Source of the DNA: Thermoplasmatota archaeon
Lineage (GTDB): Archaea > Thermoplasmatota > Thermoplasmata > Thermoplasmatales > Thermoplasmataceae
Length of the DNA: 64,000 nt
Assembly: GCA_023379825.1 (NCBI GenBank)
Contig: JAMCPQ010000023.1
Coordinates: forward strand, 16 to 64,015
Direction of reading: 5' to 3'
Positions 45,336-54,882 of this stretch are shown one piece after another. How positions within the stretch are numbered: the stretch's first letter is position 1; each line of letters opens with the position of its first letter. The notes under the pieces were generated by a model, which did not search any database, had not been told where the DNA came from, and saw only the letters and a program-made list of their open reading frames with translations. The translations under genes were made by a program, and so were the position numbers.

Positions 45336-46222
45336 TTCACATCTCCAAGACCGTAGTCTGATGGAACCGTCTTCCTCAATTCCTTTATCAAGGAACCGAG
45401 ATCATCAGCTCCTGAAACCTGTCCAGTCACCTCGGAGTGCCTTTTTCCATCTCTGGAATAGAACGCTGAGATCACATCATAGGATCTGCCATTGTATCTG
45501 GCAAATATTCCTGCCGGAGCTGAACACCCAAGGTTCATTGCTGCTGTCAGGCCTCTCTCGATTCTCATCTCCTCCATTGTAACGGCATCGGAAATTGAGG
45601 AAATGATCTTATAATCTCTGTGAGCACTGAGGCAGGCCACTGCAATTATGCCCTGACATGGTGCCGGAACAAAATCTTTCTCGGGAAGGATCTGTCTGAT
45701 AACTGGAAAACCAAGCCTGCTGAGACCGGCCTCTGCAAGGATTATGGCATCGTACTGTCCATTTTCAAGCTTTCTGAGCCTGGTGTCAACGTTTCCCCTT
45801 ATGTCCTTAACGCTGATGTCGGGCCTTATCCTTTTTAGCATGAAAGTCCTTCTGGGGCTGGAACTTCCAACCACAGATCCCGGAGGCAGGCCAGCCAGCG
45901 GCAACCTTGAAACAAGTGAATCATTGTGGGGGCCTCTCTTCAGGGTTGCGCTTATTGAGATCCCCTCTGGCATTCTTGAAGGGAGATCCTTGGCGCTGTG
46001 CACTGCAACATCTATTCTACCCTCCAGAAGGGCATCATTAAGGCTTGAAACGAAGACACCCCTGTTGCTGAATCCAGAAAGAGGGGTATTGTGATCCATA
46101 TCCCCATGAGACTCTATTTTGACAATATCCCATTCTATGCCGATCTTCGAGAAGGCCTCTCCTGTGAGTTCTGCCTGTTTTACTGCGAGAGGGCTGGGCC
46201 TGGTCCCAATCCTGAGCCTCAT
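45332..46222 (-). CDS. hemC: Porphobilinogen deaminase
   Basis: IGTRPSPLA, DVAVHSAKDLP, SSPRR, IRGNVDTRL, LGCSAP. Confidence 0.96.
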   Translation of the reverse strand: MRLRIGTRPSPLAVKQAELTGEAFSKIGIEWDIVKIESHGDMDHNTPLSGFSNRGVFVSSLNDALLEGRIDVAVHSAKDLPSRMPEGISISATLKRGPHNDSLVSRLPLAGLPPGSVVGSSSPRRTFMLKRIRPDISVKDIRGNVDTRLRKLENGQYDAIILAEAGLSRLGFPVIRQILPEKDFVPAPCQGIIAVACLSAHRDYKIISSISDAVTMEEMRIERGLTAAMNLGCSAPAGIFARYNGRSYDVISAFYSRDGKRHSEVTGQVSGADDLGSLIKELRKTVPSDYGLGDVK

Positions 46223-46322
46223 TTGACTGACATCGCTTTTTAAGATTTATCTTCTTGCAATGGAATGGCAGGTTATTCATGCAAATTTTATTGATTTCAT
46301 CAGAATACACTTTTATCAGGAT

Positions 46323-47351
46323 ATGACAGAAAGGCCAATGATTAAAGTGGCAAAGGAGGACGCAAACACTGTGATATCACAGCTTCTCCGCAAAAATATC
46401 ATTGATAAGGCATATCGCATTAGAAGATCGGGTGAGCATATACTGATTCCTCTCAAAGACAATGTTTCTGTGAACGGCTTCAATCAGGAGATCGGGAGCT
46501 TCAGCAGAAGGCAGATACCTGTCTCACCCCATTCCTATCTGGATAGAGAGAGGTTGAGTGGGAGCTCCAGATATTTTGTTCCGCATAAGTGGATCAGGCT
46601 GGGTGATTCCATAGTTCTGAAATCAAGAGAAGGGAAAATTCCTTCGAAAAGGGCCATGAAAGCAATCCTTGATTTCACCGGGGCCAGGGCAGTATACATT
46701 GACAGCTCCCTGACTAAGGGAGTTGAAAGGAAACCTGGATTAAGGCTGATACATGGTGAACCACATGAGCTGGTCCACCGTGAGAATGGAGTGAGGTATA
46801 TATTTGATCCACAGAAGGTAATGTTCTCACCTGGAAATGTGAATGTCAGGGGGATTCTCCGTAACAGGGATCTGAAAGGGAAAACTGTTTTAGACATGTT
46901 CGCAGGGATAGGTTATTTTGCCATACCTTGTGCAAAATATTCAGGAGCTTCTGCTGTTTACTGCAGTGAAATAAACCCGGTATCATACAGCTATCTGCTG
47001 CGGAATATATCCCTGAACGGACTGGACTCAAATGTAAAGGCGGTAAATTCAGACTGCCGCAATTCTTGGGGCTCGCTTGAGGCGGATCTCATAATAATGG
47101 GGCATTTTTCATCTCCGGATTTTCTATCTTCTGCCCTTCTGAGATCCCATGAGGGGACTGAAATAATTATGCACGTTCTTGCACCCACAGGAGAGATTGG
47201 AAGTGTGTGCGGGAAGTTGATAGAAAAAGCCCTGAATATGGGCTATTTAATTGACATCCCCGATTCAAAGATCATAAAGTCCTATTCTCCGCACAACTGG
47301 CACTGGCAGATAACAATGGTGGTTTTCAGGTCCCCTCAGGGAAAAGCATAA
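46323..47351 (+). CDS. Trm5/Taw2-family tRNA modification enzyme (Taw2-like)
   Basis: HRENG, KVMFSPGN, DMFAGIGYF, EINP, IIMG, KSYSP. Confidence 0.85.
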   Translation: MTERPMIKVAKEDANTVISQLLRKNIIDKAYRIRRSGEHILIPLKDNVSVNGFNQEIGSFSRRQIPVSPHSYLDRERLSGSSRYFVPHKWIRLGDSIVLKSREGKIPSKRAMKAILDFTGARAVYIDSSLTKGVERKPGLRLIHGEPHELVHRENGVRYIFDPQKVMFSPGNVNVRGILRNRDLKGKTVLDMFAGIGYFAIPCAKYSGASAVYCSEINPVSYSYLLRNISLNGLDSNVKAVNSDCRNSWGSLEADLIIMGHFSSPDFLSSALLRSHEGTEIIMHVLAPTGEIGSVCGKLIEKALNMGYLIDIPDSKIIKSYSPHNWHWQITMVVFRSPQGKA

Positions 47352-47381
47352 AGAACCAAGAACGCATGGTTATGAAATTTC

Positions 47382-47708
47382 ATGGTGAATAAGGCAAATA
47401 AATCCAGCAGGTTCAGCAGGTTTAACAGAGCGACCAGATACAATCACCCGGAACCGGCGGGAAAGAAAATAAGAAAATTGGATATGAGAAAATCAGAAGA
47501 GTTCAACTTCATGCTTGGAAGAGCAGTTGAAGATCTCCCTGACAGTGTAAGGGGTGCCGTTATGGGCAGCATATATTCAATTGCATCCAAGAGGGGCATA
47601 AAGGAAGCAAGGGATTACATTCTCAAAAAGGAAGAAGAGGGTGCGTTCGATCAGGAGACGAAACGGAAGCTTCTTGATCTGATCGCCAACTACAGCAGAT
47701 CCAGATAA
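47382..47708 (+). CDS. Hypothetical protein, basic N-terminus and helical C-terminus
   Basis: Clean ORF filling the gap; no family recognised. Confidence 0.7.
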   Translation: MVNKANKSSRFSRFNRATRYNHPEPAGKKIRKLDMRKSEEFNFMLGRAVEDLPDSVRGAVMGSIYSIASKRGIKEARDYILKKEEEGAFDQETKRKLLDLIANYSRSR

Positions 47709-47793
47709 CAGATTTTTGATCATTCTGATGCCAGGTCAATTACTGAATTAGACGATATATCGGGAGGGTCTTTCTGAAATACAGTTTTTAGGA

Positions 47794-48516
47794 TCAGTTC
47801 TCTCTCCATCTTGTCAGGTATCTTGCCATTGAGAAATATATGACAGTCTCAATAATGAATATGTAGAGTTCATTGATCATTGGAGGAGAAAGTCCGAAAG
47901 CCCACTGTGCCAGGACAGCCGCAGGGGTTACAGGTGTTGCTGAAAGTGCATAGAGAGCCCATTTGGGAATATACTCATAGGGGTAGAAAGTTGGTGGAAG
48001 TACCGTCATTATAACCGACATTATTCCTGCAATTCCCCATACATTTCTGACATGTTTTATGCTGCTGGAAACTATAAATGATATGGATGATGTTCCCACA
48101 ACCAGGAAACACATGATACCTATGAGGGCAAGGACAGCGCCGAGGGTGAATATGTGGAAGATTGCGCCCAGTATTGCATACAAAATGATACCTGGGAGAG
48201 AGAATATAACATAACTCAGGGTAAGGCCGATCATGTAATCTGATGGGGACACCTTTGACGCAACATACAGGTCCTGGAACCTGAGCTGCAACCTCATGAA
48301 GGCAGCATCACCGGAGCTGGAAAGTGCCACAGATGCTATGAGCCCAAGAAAACCTCCAACAAGGGCATAGTCGATGAGTGTCCCATGAGAGAGTATGGAT
48401 ACTATGAAGAGCAATGTAAGGGGTGCGCTCATTGATGATATTATGTATGAAGGCCCTCGGAATATAACCCTGAATCCATAGGACCATGCCAGTGAAACAA
48501 TGAATCTAAGGTTCAA
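47794..48516 (-). CDS. ABC-2 type exporter permease
   Basis: About 6 TMs, PTFYP..IPKW motif; TTG start 48516 with SD GAGGTG. Confidence 0.88.
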   Translation of the reverse strand: MNLRFIVSLAWSYGFRVIFRGPSYIISSMSAPLTLLFIVSILSHGTLIDYALVGGFLGLIASVALSSSGDAAFMRLQLRFQDLYVASKVSPSDYMIGLTLSYVIFSLPGIILYAILGAIFHIFTLGAVLALIGIMCFLVVGTSSISFIVSSSIKHVRNVWGIAGIMSVIMTVLPPTFYPYEYIPKWALYALSATPVTPAAVLAQWAFGLSPPMINELYIFIIETVIYFSMARYLTRWREN

Positions 48517-49363
48517 TCTCAACACCTCTTGAGATGAACACATCGTCAAGACTAATGGGTTTGATGGTACATCCTTTTTCAAGGTATTCCGCAGTATCAC
48601 CTGAAGAAACATAGGAAATCCACATTGTTCCAATCTTTACAGAGTCAGGAATCTCTGACCGGGACTCCACACGAACCTTTCCGGAGAATGGTTTCAGAAG
48701 GTCATTTACGGAACCGCGGGCTGCTATGTTTCCATGCTCAAGCAAAAAAACATGGTCCGAAAGATCCTGTGCCTCCTCCATGTAATGGGTTGTGAGGAAT
48801 ATTTCTGAGTCTATCTCCCTGATTGCAGACCAGACTTCTATTCTGGATATGGGGTCTAAACCTGTGGTAGGCTCATCCAGGAATACAGTGTCGGCCCTGG
48901 ATGCTATGGCCATCGCAACAAAGATCTTTCTCTTCATCCCGCCGGAAAGCTTGTCAGCAGGCAGGTTTCTGAAATCACCCAGACCAAGGGTCTCCAGTGC
49001 AATCCTTGCCTCCTCCTTTGCTGACCTAAAGGAATGACCCCTGCCGATGAGAAACATCCCCACCTGTTCCTGGGCAGTTAGGATTCCAAGCGGCGATGCC
49101 TCCTGGGGAATACTCACAATACTCCTCCTGATCTCAGACACATTTTTTGTTATGTCCATTCCGTTGATGGTTGCGGTGCCAGAGGTTGGCATCAGCTGTG
49201 TTGAAAGTATTCTCGTGAGTGTTGTCTTTCCAGCCCCGTTTCTTCCTATGAGGGTGTTGATCCTTCCGGAAGTGTCAAAGGAAATTGAATTGAGGGCAAC
49301 AAATCCATCACTGTATTTCTTGGTAAGGTTTTCACAGTGTATCATCAGGAGATCACCATTCAT
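48506..49363 (-). CDS. ABC exporter ATP-binding protein
   Basis: GRNGAGKTT, LSGGM, FLDEPTTGLD, TTHY. Confidence 0.95.
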   Translation of the reverse strand: MNGDLLMIHCENLTKKYSDGFVALNSISFDTSGRINTLIGRNGAGKTTLTRILSTQLMPTSGTATINGMDITKNVSEIRRSIVSIPQEASPLGILTAQEQVGMFLIGRGHSFRSAKEEARIALETLGLGDFRNLPADKLSGGMKRKIFVAMAIASRADTVFLDEPTTGLDPISRIEVWSAIREIDSEIFLTTHYMEEAQDLSDHVFLLEHGNIAARGSVNDLLKPFSGKVRVESRSEIPDSVKIGTMWISYVSSGDTAEYLEKGCTIKPISLDDVFISRGVEIEP

Positions 49364-49439
49364 GCTGAATTTGCCTGCGACTTAGGTGGAAATGCAGATC
49401 ATGAGGAGCCTAATAAATAATGGCAGATTATACCATAAC

Positions 49440-49727
49440 ATGGAAGATCTGAAGGAACGGGTTTTGCGCTACATTTCCATTGAGGAGGAAGCTCTCAGCA
49501 AAATCACTGTTTCACCTCACAGTGACTCATTTCTTTTCAGGTTTGCTGAGGATTCAATGAATCTCATAAGAAGTTACTTTGAAGATTCAAAATATTTTCT
49601 GGAAAAGGGTGACCTTCTAAATGCATTTGCTGCCCTGAACTACTCATATGGATGGATCGATGCCCTTGTAAGACTTGGTGTTCTTGATGGAAAGGGAGAT
49701 CACAGGCTATTCACAAATTTCACCTAG
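49440..49727 (+). CDS. DUF357 family protein
   Basis: SYFEDSKYFLEKGD..NAFAALNYSYGWIDA. Confidence 0.88.
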   Translation: MEDLKERVLRYISIEEEALSKITVSPHSDSFLFRFAEDSMNLIRSYFEDSKYFLEKGDLLNAFAALNYSYGWIDALVRLGVLDGKGDHRLFTNFT

Positions 49728-49794
49728 TCTTGTGGTGCTTCGTTATAAGTACATTAAGGTGTATGCTTTTTAAATCTGTTGAATCTATATAAAT

Positions 49795-50263
49795 ATGAAA
49801 ACAGATATTGCCTTCATCCATCCACTTTGCCCATTCATCGATACGGGCTCTCTGATCTATGAAAAACCAGAAAAATACGGGTTTCATATTACTGCCAGAA
49901 CTATAACGGAATATTATGACCTGCTCGACCGGGGGAAATCATGGATAGACTTTCTAAATTATTATAATGACTGGATGGGCCCGGCTGATATAGAGAGGCT
50001 TACCTGCATTTCAGAGATAAAAATGATCAAGGCAAGAAAAGAGGTTGGCTAATAGATCCCGGAAGCACAGAAAAAAATAATCGAGGACATCAGCAATTAT
50101 ATGGAAGGGAAGGATTTGAGAAGGATTACAGAAAAAAACCCACCTGTCATATCTCAACAGGGAGATAGAATGGTCAAGGAAGCACGCAATCACAAAAGGG
50201 TCAATACTTGTTTACTGGTACAGGGAACTTAAAGACCTTGAGAAGGAAATCGGGAAGTTGTAG
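49795..50263 (+). pseudogene. Remnant of a B12-binding/radical SAM gene (internal deletion plus frameshifts)
   Basis: PFIDTGSLIYEKPEKYG..SW...NY...WM resembles the C-terminal part of this family; TAA-TAG at 50050-55; protein-like sequence continues in shifted frames to TAG 50263. Confidence 0.65.
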
Positions 50264-50440
50264 AATGAATCAGGAAACTTTATCCCTCCTGACTTGAAAT
50301 GCCCTATATGAAAGACTGGAGAGCTGTTTTCAGATCAGGCAATTCAGGTTAATATTTCGCATTCAACCAATTTTTGGAAAATTCAGAGAAATATGTAATG
50401 GTCAATTATATCCGGACTTAATCCGTTTGAGACGGCTCAA

Positions 50441-50539
50441 TTTATATATCCTTAAGGAATACTCTTAGACGCTCCATCGTGAAAGGACAATAATATATGT
50501 GTCAGTGCGATTGGGGGATAATATTCAAAGGATGGTTTA
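50441..50539 (+). promoter_or_regulatory. TATA box and ~70-nt hairpin leader of the rps13 operon
   Basis: TTTATATA at 50441; stems 50472-80/50507-16 and 50486-89/50500-03. Confidence 0.5.
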
Positions 50540-51052
50540 ATGGCATCTAAGCAGGATAACAAGCAGGATAATAAAAAACAGGAACCTAAAAAGCAGGATG
50601 CAAAGAAGGAGAATTTCCAGTACATTGTAAGGATTGCAGGAAAGGATCTGGACGGTGAGAGGTCCGTTGAGCTGGCTTTGTCCGACCTTAAGGGGATAGG
50701 GCCCAGGCTTGCACAGATAATCACCAGAAAACTAAATGTCAACGGGAAAGCAAAAATAGGTGAGCTGCCGGAAGAAGAGACCGACAGAATCAGGGACTAT
50801 GTGGAGTCAAAAGAGTATGAGGGAGTTCCCGTATGGGCTAAAAATCACCGCAGAGATGCGGTGAATGGTGAAGACCTGAATCTTGTTTCAAACGATCTTG
50901 ACATAATTATTCAGGATGACATCAATCTTATGAAGAAGATGAAGTCATACCGTGGCATCAGGCACGAGAATGGCAAAAAGGTCAGAGGCCAGAGGACAAG
51001 ATCAAACGGAAGAAGAGGCCTTACAGTGGGAGTACAGAGGAAGAAGGAGTGA
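50540..51052 (+). CDS. rps13: 30S ribosomal protein uS13
   Basis: YIVRIAGKDLDG, KGIG, YRGIRH, VRGQRTR. Confidence 0.98.
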   Translation: MASKQDNKQDNKKQEPKKQDAKKENFQYIVRIAGKDLDGERSVELALSDLKGIGPRLAQIITRKLNVNGKAKIGELPEEETDRIRDYVESKEYEGVPVWAKNHRRDAVNGEDLNLVSNDLDIIIQDDINLMKKMKSYRGIRHENGKKVRGQRTRSNGRRGLTVGVQRKKE

Positions 51053-51058
51053 TGAATC

Positions 51059-51688
51059 ATGGGAGATCCTAAATTTCCGCACAAGACTTATTCAACACCA
51101 AGGCACCCTTGGGAGAAGGATAGAATAGATTCCGAGAGGATCATAGTAGAAAAATATGGTCTGAAGAATAAGAGAGAGCTATGGAAGGGACAGTCTTTTC
51201 TGGACAATTTTAGAAGCCAGGCAAGAGATCTTCAGGCTAAACTGAGAAACAACGATCCAAATGCCCAGAAACAGTATGATGCACTCATAGCGAGACTGAA
51301 CAGATACAAACTCCTGGGTGGAAACGCAACTCTTGATGATGTTCTTTCACTGGACATTGAGGCAATTCTTTCAAGAAGGTTGCAGACAATAGTATACAGA
51401 AGAAACCTGGCAAGAACCCTTAAACAGGCAAGACAGCTCATCACACATGGTCATGTCACTATGAATGGGAGGAGAGTTACTATACCAAGCATCATGGTCG
51501 AGGGCACACTTGAGGACAGCATCGAGTACGTTGAAAACTCACCATTCAAGGATGATCTTCACCCAATGAGGCAGGTAATTATGAGCAATGTCCTTCCAAA
51601 TGGAGAGAGGGAACAGAAGGAGGAGGCTCCTCCTGAGCGTCCCAGAGGAAGGAATGACAGGCAGGGGAGGAGAGGTAGAGGAAGATGA
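51059..51688 (+). CDS. rps4: 30S ribosomal protein uS4
   Basis: [29 protein letters not shown]. Confidence 0.98.
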   Translation: MGDPKFPHKTYSTPRHPWEKDRIDSERIIVEKYGLKNKRELWKGQSFLDNFRSQARDLQAKLRNNDPNAQKQYDALIARLNRYKLLGGNATLDDVLSLDIEAILSRRLQTIVYRRNLARTLKQARQLITHGHVTMNGRRVTIPSIMVEGTLEDSIEYVENSPFKDDLHPMRQVIMSNVLPNGEREQKEEAPPERPRGRNDRQGRRGRGR

Positions 51689-52068
51689 ACAAGACAGGTA
51701 TAGCGCACATATTTGCCTCGGCAAACAACACAATTATTCTCGTTACGGATCCCACAGGAGCTGAAACTCTTGCAAAGGCCACCGGCGGAATGGTTGTAAA
51801 GAACGACCGTGACGAGTCCAGCCCTTATGCGGCAATGAAGGCAGCTGATCTGGTTGCCGAAAAACTGAGAGAGAAGGAAATATCCGATCTCATCATCAAG
51901 GTGAGAGCTCCAGGTGGAAACAAATCAAAGATTCCCGGTCCAGGGGCACAGAGTGCAATCAGGGCACTATCAAGGGCAGGTTTCAAGATTCTCAGAATAG
52001 AGGAAGTCACCCCGATCCCTCATGATGGGACAAAAAAGAAGGGTGGCAAGAGAGGCAGGAGAGTATAA
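51685..52068 (+). CDS. rps11: 30S ribosomal protein uS11
   Basis: [27 protein letters not shown]. Confidence 0.98.
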   Translation: MNKTGIAHIFASANNTIILVTDPTGAETLAKATGGMVVKNDRDESSPYAAMKAADLVAEKLREKEISDLIIKVRAPGGNKSKIPGPGAQSAIRALSRAGFKILRIEEVTPIPHDGTKKKGGKRGRRV

Positions 52069-52072
52069 TCAG

Positions 52073-52891
52073 ATGTCTGTGACAATCAACACTGTTTCGG
52101 ATAACTTCATACGCTTCACCGTTGATGGCTTGACACCCTCAACGGCCAATGCTCTGAGAAGAACCCTGATGGATGACATCCCAAAACTTGCCATAGACAA
52201 GGTCATCTTCCATCACGGCCAGATAAGGGACAGTGAGGGCAATGTATATGACTCATCCCTGCCGCTATTTGATGAGATAGTTGCCCACAGGCTTTCCCTC
52301 GTCCCTATTGTTTCTGATCTTTCAATGAACTTCAGGGAAAACTGCTCATGCAAAGGTGAGGGTTGCCCTCTCTGCACAATGACATTCTCAATTAACAAGA
52401 TTGGCTCTGGGGTAGTTAATTCAGGAGATCTCCAGCCAGTTGGAAAATCAGACCTTATACCTGCTGATAAGGACATACCCATAGTCAAACTTGGTCCAAG
52501 ACAGGCAATACTCGTGACTGCTGAGGCCATTCTTGGAACAGGGAAAAAGCATACAAAATGGCAGGTAACCTCAGGTGTTTCTTACAAATATCACAGGGAA
52601 TTTTCAGTTGCAAAGAAACTAGTTAAAGACTGGGAGAAGTTCAAGAATCACTGTCCTGATTCAGTTATTTCCGAGAATTCCGAAAGAATTGTGTTCAGCG
52701 ATGACACAAGATGCAGTTTCCTTTCACAGTTGCTTGATAACCCGGACGTTAAAGTAACTGAGGACGACACCAAATACGTATTCCAGTTTGAGACTGATGG
52801 TTCACTGAAGGCAATAGATGTTCTGGACTACGCCCTTAAAAGGCTCTCCCAGAGACTAAACCTTCTACTTGACAGTGTCGTCGGGGACTGA
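52073..52891 (+). CDS. rpoD: RNA polymerase subunit Rpo3 (D)
   Basis: [29 protein letters not shown]; start ATG 52073. Confidence 0.96.
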   Translation: MSVTINTVSDNFIRFTVDGLTPSTANALRRTLMDDIPKLAIDKVIFHHGQIRDSEGNVYDSSLPLFDEIVAHRLSLVPIVSDLSMNFRENCSCKGEGCPLCTMTFSINKIGSGVVNSGDLQPVGKSDLIPADKDIPIVKLGPRQAILVTAEAILGTGKKHTKWQVTSGVSYKYHREFSVAKKLVKDWEKFKNHCPDSVISENSERIVFSDDTRCSFLSQLLDNPDVKVTEDDTKYVFQFETDGSLKAIDVLDYALKRLSQRLNLLLDSVVGD

Positions 52892-52945
52892 TCCCCATCT
52901 CCTTTTTCCCAGAAAGGTTATCTTGAGTGTCATAATATTGACACT

Positions 52946-53716
52946 GTGTCAGATCTCGAAAAGGAACTCATTGACCTTGGAAATTCTTTAAGGGAAGTTG
53001 TTTCTACAAGACCAGATTCAAAAAGCAAATTCCTGGTAGTAGGAATGGGTGCAGACGGTACAGCGACTCATCAGCTGGACAAGATTTGTGACGAGCACAT
53101 TCTGAACTTCATAAGAGAAAGAGATCTTCCGCTGAATCTGATAAGTGAGGAGAGCGGATTCACTGATTTCGGTTATGAGGAGTCACTGATGGTAGATCCT
53201 CTGGACGGAACCTACAATGCTGAACACGGAATACCCTTCTATTCTTTTTCAGGTGCTGTTGTCCGGAAAGATCTGTCTTCAGCAAGGATTGCAATAGTAT
53301 CGGACCTTGCCAGGGAAGTCAACTATCATGCGGTAAAGGGCAAAGGAGCTTTTGCTAACGGAAAGCCCATTCATGTTTCAAAAGAACCTGTGGGATGTGC
53401 ACTTGGTGGACTAGGACGGGCGGGACATGATCACGTTTCCCCCATTCTGAGGGGAGGATGGAGAATACGTTCACTGGGATGCGCTTCAATGGAACTCTGC
53501 CTTGTTGCGGCAGGTTCTGCGGATATTATGGCATATGTCGGGGATTTCAATTCACTGAGAAACATAGACGTTGCAGGTGGTGTACTCATACTAAGAGAAG
53601 CTGGTGGGGTTGTACTTGATGGCGAATTCCTGGATTTTAACATGGGACTGGATGTCAGGGAGAGGAAATCTGTGATCGGTGCAAGTACTAGAGAAGTTGC
53701 GGAGGCGCTGAGATGA
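52946..53716 (+). CDS. Inositol monophosphatase/FBPase family protein (possible NADP phosphatase)
   Basis: GADG, SEE, VDPLDGTYN, RSLG, DVAGG. Confidence 0.92.
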   Translation: MSDLEKELIDLGNSLREVVSTRPDSKSKFLVVGMGADGTATHQLDKICDEHILNFIRERDLPLNLISEESGFTDFGYEESLMVDPLDGTYNAEHGIPFYSFSGAVVRKDLSSARIAIVSDLAREVNYHAVKGKGAFANGKPIHVSKEPVGCALGGLGRAGHDHVSPILRGGWRIRSLGCASMELCLVAAGSADIMAYVGDFNSLRNIDVAGGVLILREAGGVVLDGEFLDFNMGLDVRERKSVIGASTREVAEALR

Positions 53717-54531
53717 AGATAGGATTCATTGTAAGAAAAGACTGCACACGATGTGCAAATATAGTGAGAAGAATAGTGGAGATACTCCCATCTGACTGGG
53801 AAGTCATATATGACCGGGAGGCAGCCCGTATGCTGAACAGGAAGGGAAACAGCATTGAATCCATGGAGGCGGACATACTCATAACTGTTGGCGGGGACGG
53901 CTCAGTATTGAGGTCTCTGCAGCTAGCAAAGGGTCCTGTTCTTGGAATAAACATGGGAAGCCTAGGCTTTCTCTCAGAGGTCGAGATAGGTGAGGTTGAA
54001 TCTTCTGTGTACAAACTCATAAAGGGGAACTACAAGGTTGAAGAGACCATGAAACTTAGGCTTACAATCAACGGTACACAGACCATAGATTCGACAAACG
54101 AGGTTGTCCTTCACTCAAGCAAGATAGCAAAGATAAGGAAGTTCAGGCTATTTGTTGACGGGACATTTTTCGACAGCACAACGTCCGATGGAGTCATAGT
54201 TGCCACACCAATAGGATCCACATCATATTCCTTCAGTGCAGGAGGCCCCATCCTCTATCCTACACTAGATGCAATGGTTGTAACATATCTTGCCCCATTC
54301 AGGTCAAGGAGCAGGCCTCTTGTCATACCTAGTTCCCAGGAGATAAACCTCAGGATTTTCGGGAAGAAACAGTCATGTGATCTCATTGTGGATGGACAGG
54401 AACAGTTTGCAGTTGACGAGAATGATGATATAAGAATCACAGTGTCCCCGGAAAAGGCAAGATTTGTGACGTTCAGAAATTCATTCTACGAGAGAATAAG
54501 GGAGAAACTGATAAGAAATGTGGTCAATTAG
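53713..54531 (+). CDS. nadK: NAD kinase
   Basis: GGDGS, GSLGFL, NE, DGVIVATPIGSTSYSFSAGGP. Confidence 0.96.
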   Translation: MKIGFIVRKDCTRCANIVRRIVEILPSDWEVIYDREAARMLNRKGNSIESMEADILITVGGDGSVLRSLQLAKGPVLGINMGSLGFLSEVEIGEVESSVYKLIKGNYKVEETMKLRLTINGTQTIDSTNEVVLHSSKIAKIRKFRLFVDGTFFDSTTSDGVIVATPIGSTSYSFSAGGPILYPTLDAMVVTYLAPFRSRSRPLVIPSSQEINLRIFGKKQSCDLIVDGQEQFAVDENDDIRITVSPEKARFVTFRNSFYERIREKLIRNVVN

Positions 54532-54880
54532 GCTCCGCACTCTGAAAATGATAATGGAGGCCTCAAAGGACAGTTACCCAAAAGAATTCGGGGCATTTCT
54601 GAAGGCAGAACATGAAATAATCTATGAAATACTGATGCTTCCGGGTACGGTTCAGGGGGACCACCATACTCTCTTCAACCTCTACCATAAGGGTATTGAT
54701 TTTTCTGTGGTCGGGAGTGTTCACTCGCACCCATCCGGGGTTGCTTTACCTTCGGATGCTGATGTTTCCATGTTTTCAAATACTGGACCAATACACATAA
54801 TTGTGGCAAGCCCTTACAGAATATCTGATTTTCAGGCCTTCAACAGAAAAGCGGAAAAAATAGATCTCAAGGTCCTCTGA
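54518..54880 (+). CDS. JAMM/MPN+ metalloprotease
   Basis: PKEFG...HSHPSG..PSDAD. Confidence 0.92.
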   Translation: MWSIRLRTLKMIMEASKDSYPKEFGAFLKAEHEIIYEILMLPGTVQGDHHTLFNLYHKGIDFSVVGSVHSHPSGVALPSDADVSMFSNTGPIHIIVASPYRISDFQAFNRKAEKIDLKVL

Positions 54881-54882
54881 GA

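Noticed and set aside
50431-50441. 11-mer GACGGCTCAAT shared with the otsA upstream region (reverse complement of 28007-28017)
   Set aside because: One such match is expected by chance among a few kb of intergenic DNA, and its spacing to the TATA box differs
50549-50602. Tandem AAGCAGGATAA repeat at the start of rps13
   Set aside because: Encodes a low-complexity KQDN extension; ordinary slippage
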